A stretch of DNA of 64,000 nt, taken from Candidatus Latescibacterota bacterium (GTDB lineage Bacteria; Latescibacterota; UBA2968; GCA-2709665). Positions 61,425 through 64,000 of this stretch are shown here, piece by piece. The stretch is from the NCBI GenBank assembly GCA_965237675.1, contig OZ250150.1, positions 4,448,001-4,512,000 of the forward strand, in the 5' to 3' direction. The notes under the pieces were generated by a model. The model saw only the letters and a list, made by a program, of their open reading frames with translations. It ran no database searches and was not told the DNA's origin. Every line of letters starts with the position of its first letter. Within the stretch, counting starts at the first letter, position 1. The position numbers and the translations under genes were made by a program.

Positions 61425-62447
61425 TCAGCGTGCCTGTCGGGGGGACCGCGTTTCCCCTTCTCCGAACAGGAAGGAAAGCAGGGTGAACCGCTTCCCCGAC
61501 GTCACCTCCGTGACCTCGTGCAGGTGCGAACAGGAGAATACCACCGCGCCGCCGGCTCCGGGTCTGTAGAGGTGGGGGCCGAACTCCGGAAAACGCAGGT
61601 ATCCGCCCGTGTACTGGTCGTTCAGATTCAACGTTAGCGCAAACCGCCTGTGGGCGGTCGACGGGCTCAGATTGTCCCGGTGCGCGTGAAAAAATCCTCC
61701 GGAATCGGCGTCGTAGCAGGCTATTTTGAACCCTTCAAATCGCGTGGCCCTGTACGCGAACGACCGCTGCACCTCCGGCATCACCCGGCGCCCGATGGTG
61801 GAGGACAGCAACCTGACCAGTTTGTCATCCCGTACAGTATGGTCCCTGCGGCGCTTCTGTTCCACATTGATCTGCTCTCCCCGACCCGAACCCCGAGTCT
61901 GTTCCACGCCGGTCTCCACGTTGCCTCTGTCTTCCCATACACGCATCAGAAAATAGCAGATCTCGGGATCCAGGACATTGGGAATCAACAGCACCGGCGC
62001 CTGAGTGTCAACCACCCTGGGTTCCGTATCAGCGTGGCTTGAATCCAGCGCGTTTCGCACCTTTCGCGCGGCATTCCGGGCGTCATCCAGCACAATTGAC
62101 GCGAGCACCCGCAGATTCGGATCCAGCACAAACACAATCGATGCGTCCGGATCCCCTAACCGATAGGCGGACCGGACCACGCTTTTCGCATCCACGAAAA
62201 CCGGATGGGGCCACCGCGGCGTCTGCGCCGGTTCGGAGGCCATCACTGCCAGGATGTTCACATTCCGACCGTCCAGCGCGGCCGAAATGCTCGCCATGCG
62301 TTCGTCGCAGGCGCCCGAAAATATAAGTACCGTGGGGATGCCGCCGGCCTTCGAATAAAACCGGGTCGGCGTGCCGTCCGGCGCCAGGGGCAGCACGAAG
62401 TCCGTGGCTCGTTCGCCTCTGCCCAGTCCCTGTGTGTCTGAATTCAT
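61425..62447 (-). CDS. Redoxin-like plus 2OG-Fe(II) oxygenase fusion
   Basis: GERATDFVL, VLDPNLRV; HRDN, LNLN..Y.GG, HEV, RF. Confidence 0.82.
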   Translation of the reverse strand: MNSDTQGLGRGERATDFVLPLAPDGTPTRFYSKAGGIPTVLIFSGACDERMASISAALDGRNVNILAVMASEPAQTPRWPHPVFVDAKSVVRSAYRLGDPDASIVFVLDPNLRVLASIVLDDARNAARKVRNALDSSHADTEPRVVDTQAPVLLIPNVLDPEICYFLMRVWEDRGNVETGVEQTRGSGRGEQINVEQKRRRDHTVRDDKLVRLLSSTIGRRVMPEVQRSFAYRATRFEGFKIACYDADSGGFFHAHRDNLSPSTAHRRFALTLNLNDQYTGGYLRFPEFGPHLYRPGAGGAVVFSCSHLHEVTEVTSGKRFTLLSFLFGEGETRSPRQAR

Positions 62448-62520
62448 CCTGCCACTTTCCGCTGTGATGGGGTTCGGCAATCGTTGAAACCGGCGTGTCC
62501 AATGCCGCGTCCTACCCTAA

Positions 62521-62573
62521 CAGCCCGTTGAAAAAGTCCATCCGGGCTGCGGAGCAACTTTTTCAACGGACTG
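62521..62573. mobile_element. 53-bp IS5-like mini-MITE
   Basis: 17-bp TIRs (16/17 match) CAGYCCGTTGAAAAAGT; CTAA duplicated on both sides. Confidence 0.8.
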
Positions 62574-62649
62574 CTAAGCCAGGAACAACCGCCTGAAATT
62601 CACAGAATCAGAGACGTATTCAGAGGCTTCCAGCCGCTCGCGGGATCAC

Positions 62650-62678
62650 AAGATACCGGTGCGCGCCGGGGCTGTCAA
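62650..62678 (-). promoter_or_regulatory. Promoter for the 2OG oxygenase gene
   Basis: TTGACA-17-TATCTT. Confidence 0.6.
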
Positions 62679-62683
62679 AGCAC

Positions 62684-62830
62684 AAAAAACCCCAACGGGT
62701 GCGAACCACGCCACCCGGGTCTCAATCCTCGTGAATTCCGGTGTCGACGGGCGGGGCCAGGGCCCGACCCTGGCGACGCCAGCGGGCTCGACCTCCTCTG
62801 AAATCCCTTGCAGGAAACCGCATAAGGCGC
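62684..62830 (-). ncRNA. Stand-alone structured ncRNA candidate, 6S-RNA-like rod
   Basis: Extended -10 TGTGCTATTAT upstream; 5'/3' end pairing; apical GCCAGGG/CCCTGGC stem; T6 end; separate promoter downstream. Confidence 0.5.
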
Positions 62831-63056
62831 ATATAATAGCACAGTTATCATGGATGGATAAGGCTTGATTCCGCTAGACGCAAGAGACAAGAAGCAAAAG
62901 GAAAACGTCCTGTTTCTTGTTCTGATGGAAATATCGGGTTTAAGATTGAGGAACTGAAAGCGATCAGCGATCAGGTCCGTCCCTTTTTCTCTTACGTCTC
63001 ACTTCTCGCTTCTGCCCGCTTTTGTGACACATGCGTGCAGCCGATTATAAAATGTA

Positions 63057-64000
63057 ATGGCACTGCGCGTTGTCGATCACGGACCGCCGATGATTCCCAG
63101 CCCACGCATCCTTTTTCTCGCCCGCCGGTATCCGCCTTCCGTCGGTGGCATTCAGACCTACGCGACGGAACTGCACAACCGGCTCGGCCGGTTGTGCCCC
63201 GTAACACGGATCGCCCTCGGCAAGGACCCGCTCTATCACCTGGCCTGGTTTATGCCCTATGCGTTCTGTGCCGCCGTGTTCCACATTCTCCGTCAAAAAC
63301 CCGATGTGATTTTCTTTATGGACGGAGTCACCGCCGCCCTGGCCCCGTTTCTGCGCCCCTTCACGCCGGCGCGGTTCACGGTGACCATCCACGGCGCCGA
63401 ATTGACATTCCGACGCGCTTTCTTCAGCCGCCTCATGCAAGCTGGCGCCCGTGCGTGTGACCGGGCCGTTATGGTCAGCCGCGCCACGGCGGCGCTCGGC
63501 GTCCGAAGCGGCTTGCCGGCGGACAAGACCCGCGTTATCTATCAGGGAATTCACGCCGTCATCCCGACTGAAACGGAGCACGAACGCCTCAAAGACCGTT
63601 TTGAACGGGCGCACGGCCTGCGTCTGGGCGAACGTCCGTTTCTCCTGAACTACGGGCGGCAGGTGCGTCGGAAAGGCGTGGTCGAGTTCATCGAAAACGG
63701 TATCCCGCTGATGAGGGAGGATATTCGCCTCTTCATCAGCGGAAGCGGACCCATGCAGGATGGTATCCGAGCCGCCGTCGAATCTCTGAATCTGGCGGAC
63801 CGCGTCTTTGCGCTGGGGCGGCTGGATGATTCCACCGTGGGCATGCTGCGCCAGGAGGCGCAACTTTTTCTCATGCCCAATATCCATCTGCGCCACGACG
63901 CGGAAGGATTCGGCATTGCCCCGCTCGAGTGCCTGTATGCCGGCCTGCCCGTAGTCTATTTCGACGTGGATGCCCTGGGCGAAAGCCTGCGTGACGGCGG
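63057..64000 (+). CDS. Glycosyltransferase family 4 (runs off the window end)
   Basis: RILFL...YPP.VGGI, IHG.E, GRQVRRKG, EGFGIAPLE; absent from the ORF track because it has no stop in the window. Confidence 0.9.
   Translation, partial: MALRVVDHGPPMIPSPRILFLARRYPPSVGGIQTYATELHNRLGRLCPVTRIALGKDPLYHLAWFMPYAFCAAVFHILRQKPDVIFFMDGVTAALAPFLRPFTPARFTVTIHGAELTFRRAFFSRLMQAGARACDRAVMVSRATAALGVRSGLPADKTRVIYQGIHAVIPTETEHERLKDRFERAHGLRLGERPFLLNYGRQVRRKGVVEFIENGIPLMREDIRLFISGSGPMQDGIRAAVESLNLADRVFALGRLDDSTVGMLRQEAQLFLMPNIHLRHDAEGFGIAPLECLYAGLPVVYFDVDALGESLRDG

Overview
This is a 64-kb, GC-rich bacterial window. The gene mix (DUF6785-like transporter, DUF4837-like lipoprotein, heparinase-II/III plus FG-GAP protein, PhyH, ThuA) weakly suggests an uncultured FCB-related lineage such as Latescibacterota; that is inference only. 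It holds about 45 CDS, mostly housekeeping or accessory metabolism (aroQ, manC, accD, pdxA, ridA, ferritin), a Cus-type heavy-metal efflux operon and two tRNAs (Leu-TAA, Cys-GCA). The main accessory block is a visibly AT-richer, all-minus-strand defence-like island of about 18.5 kb (38.3-56.8 kb). In transcription order it carries a PLD-SNF2 helicase, a Schlafen/AlbA_2-HATPase, an orphan ParA-like ATPase, an Eco57I-type N6-MTase split by IS1380, a 1271-aa REase-like/STAND-like protein, an ABC-ATPase plus PD-(D/E)xK pair, an AbrB-VapC pair and a Fic remnant. The best candidate new system is the Schlafen plus ParA pair inserted inside the helicase-MTase operon, a possible PrrC-like guard. Other notable signals are: four co-oriented modular MITEs with nested REP-like hairpins, three of which overlap host stop codons; a 53-bp IS5-like mini-element; an aquaporin relic collapsed between its two NPA boxes; a G7-tract frameshift in an ABC ATPase; and a stand-alone rod-shaped ncRNA candidate of about 145 nt (6S-like). 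All protein calls come from recognising motifs by eye; no database searches were run.
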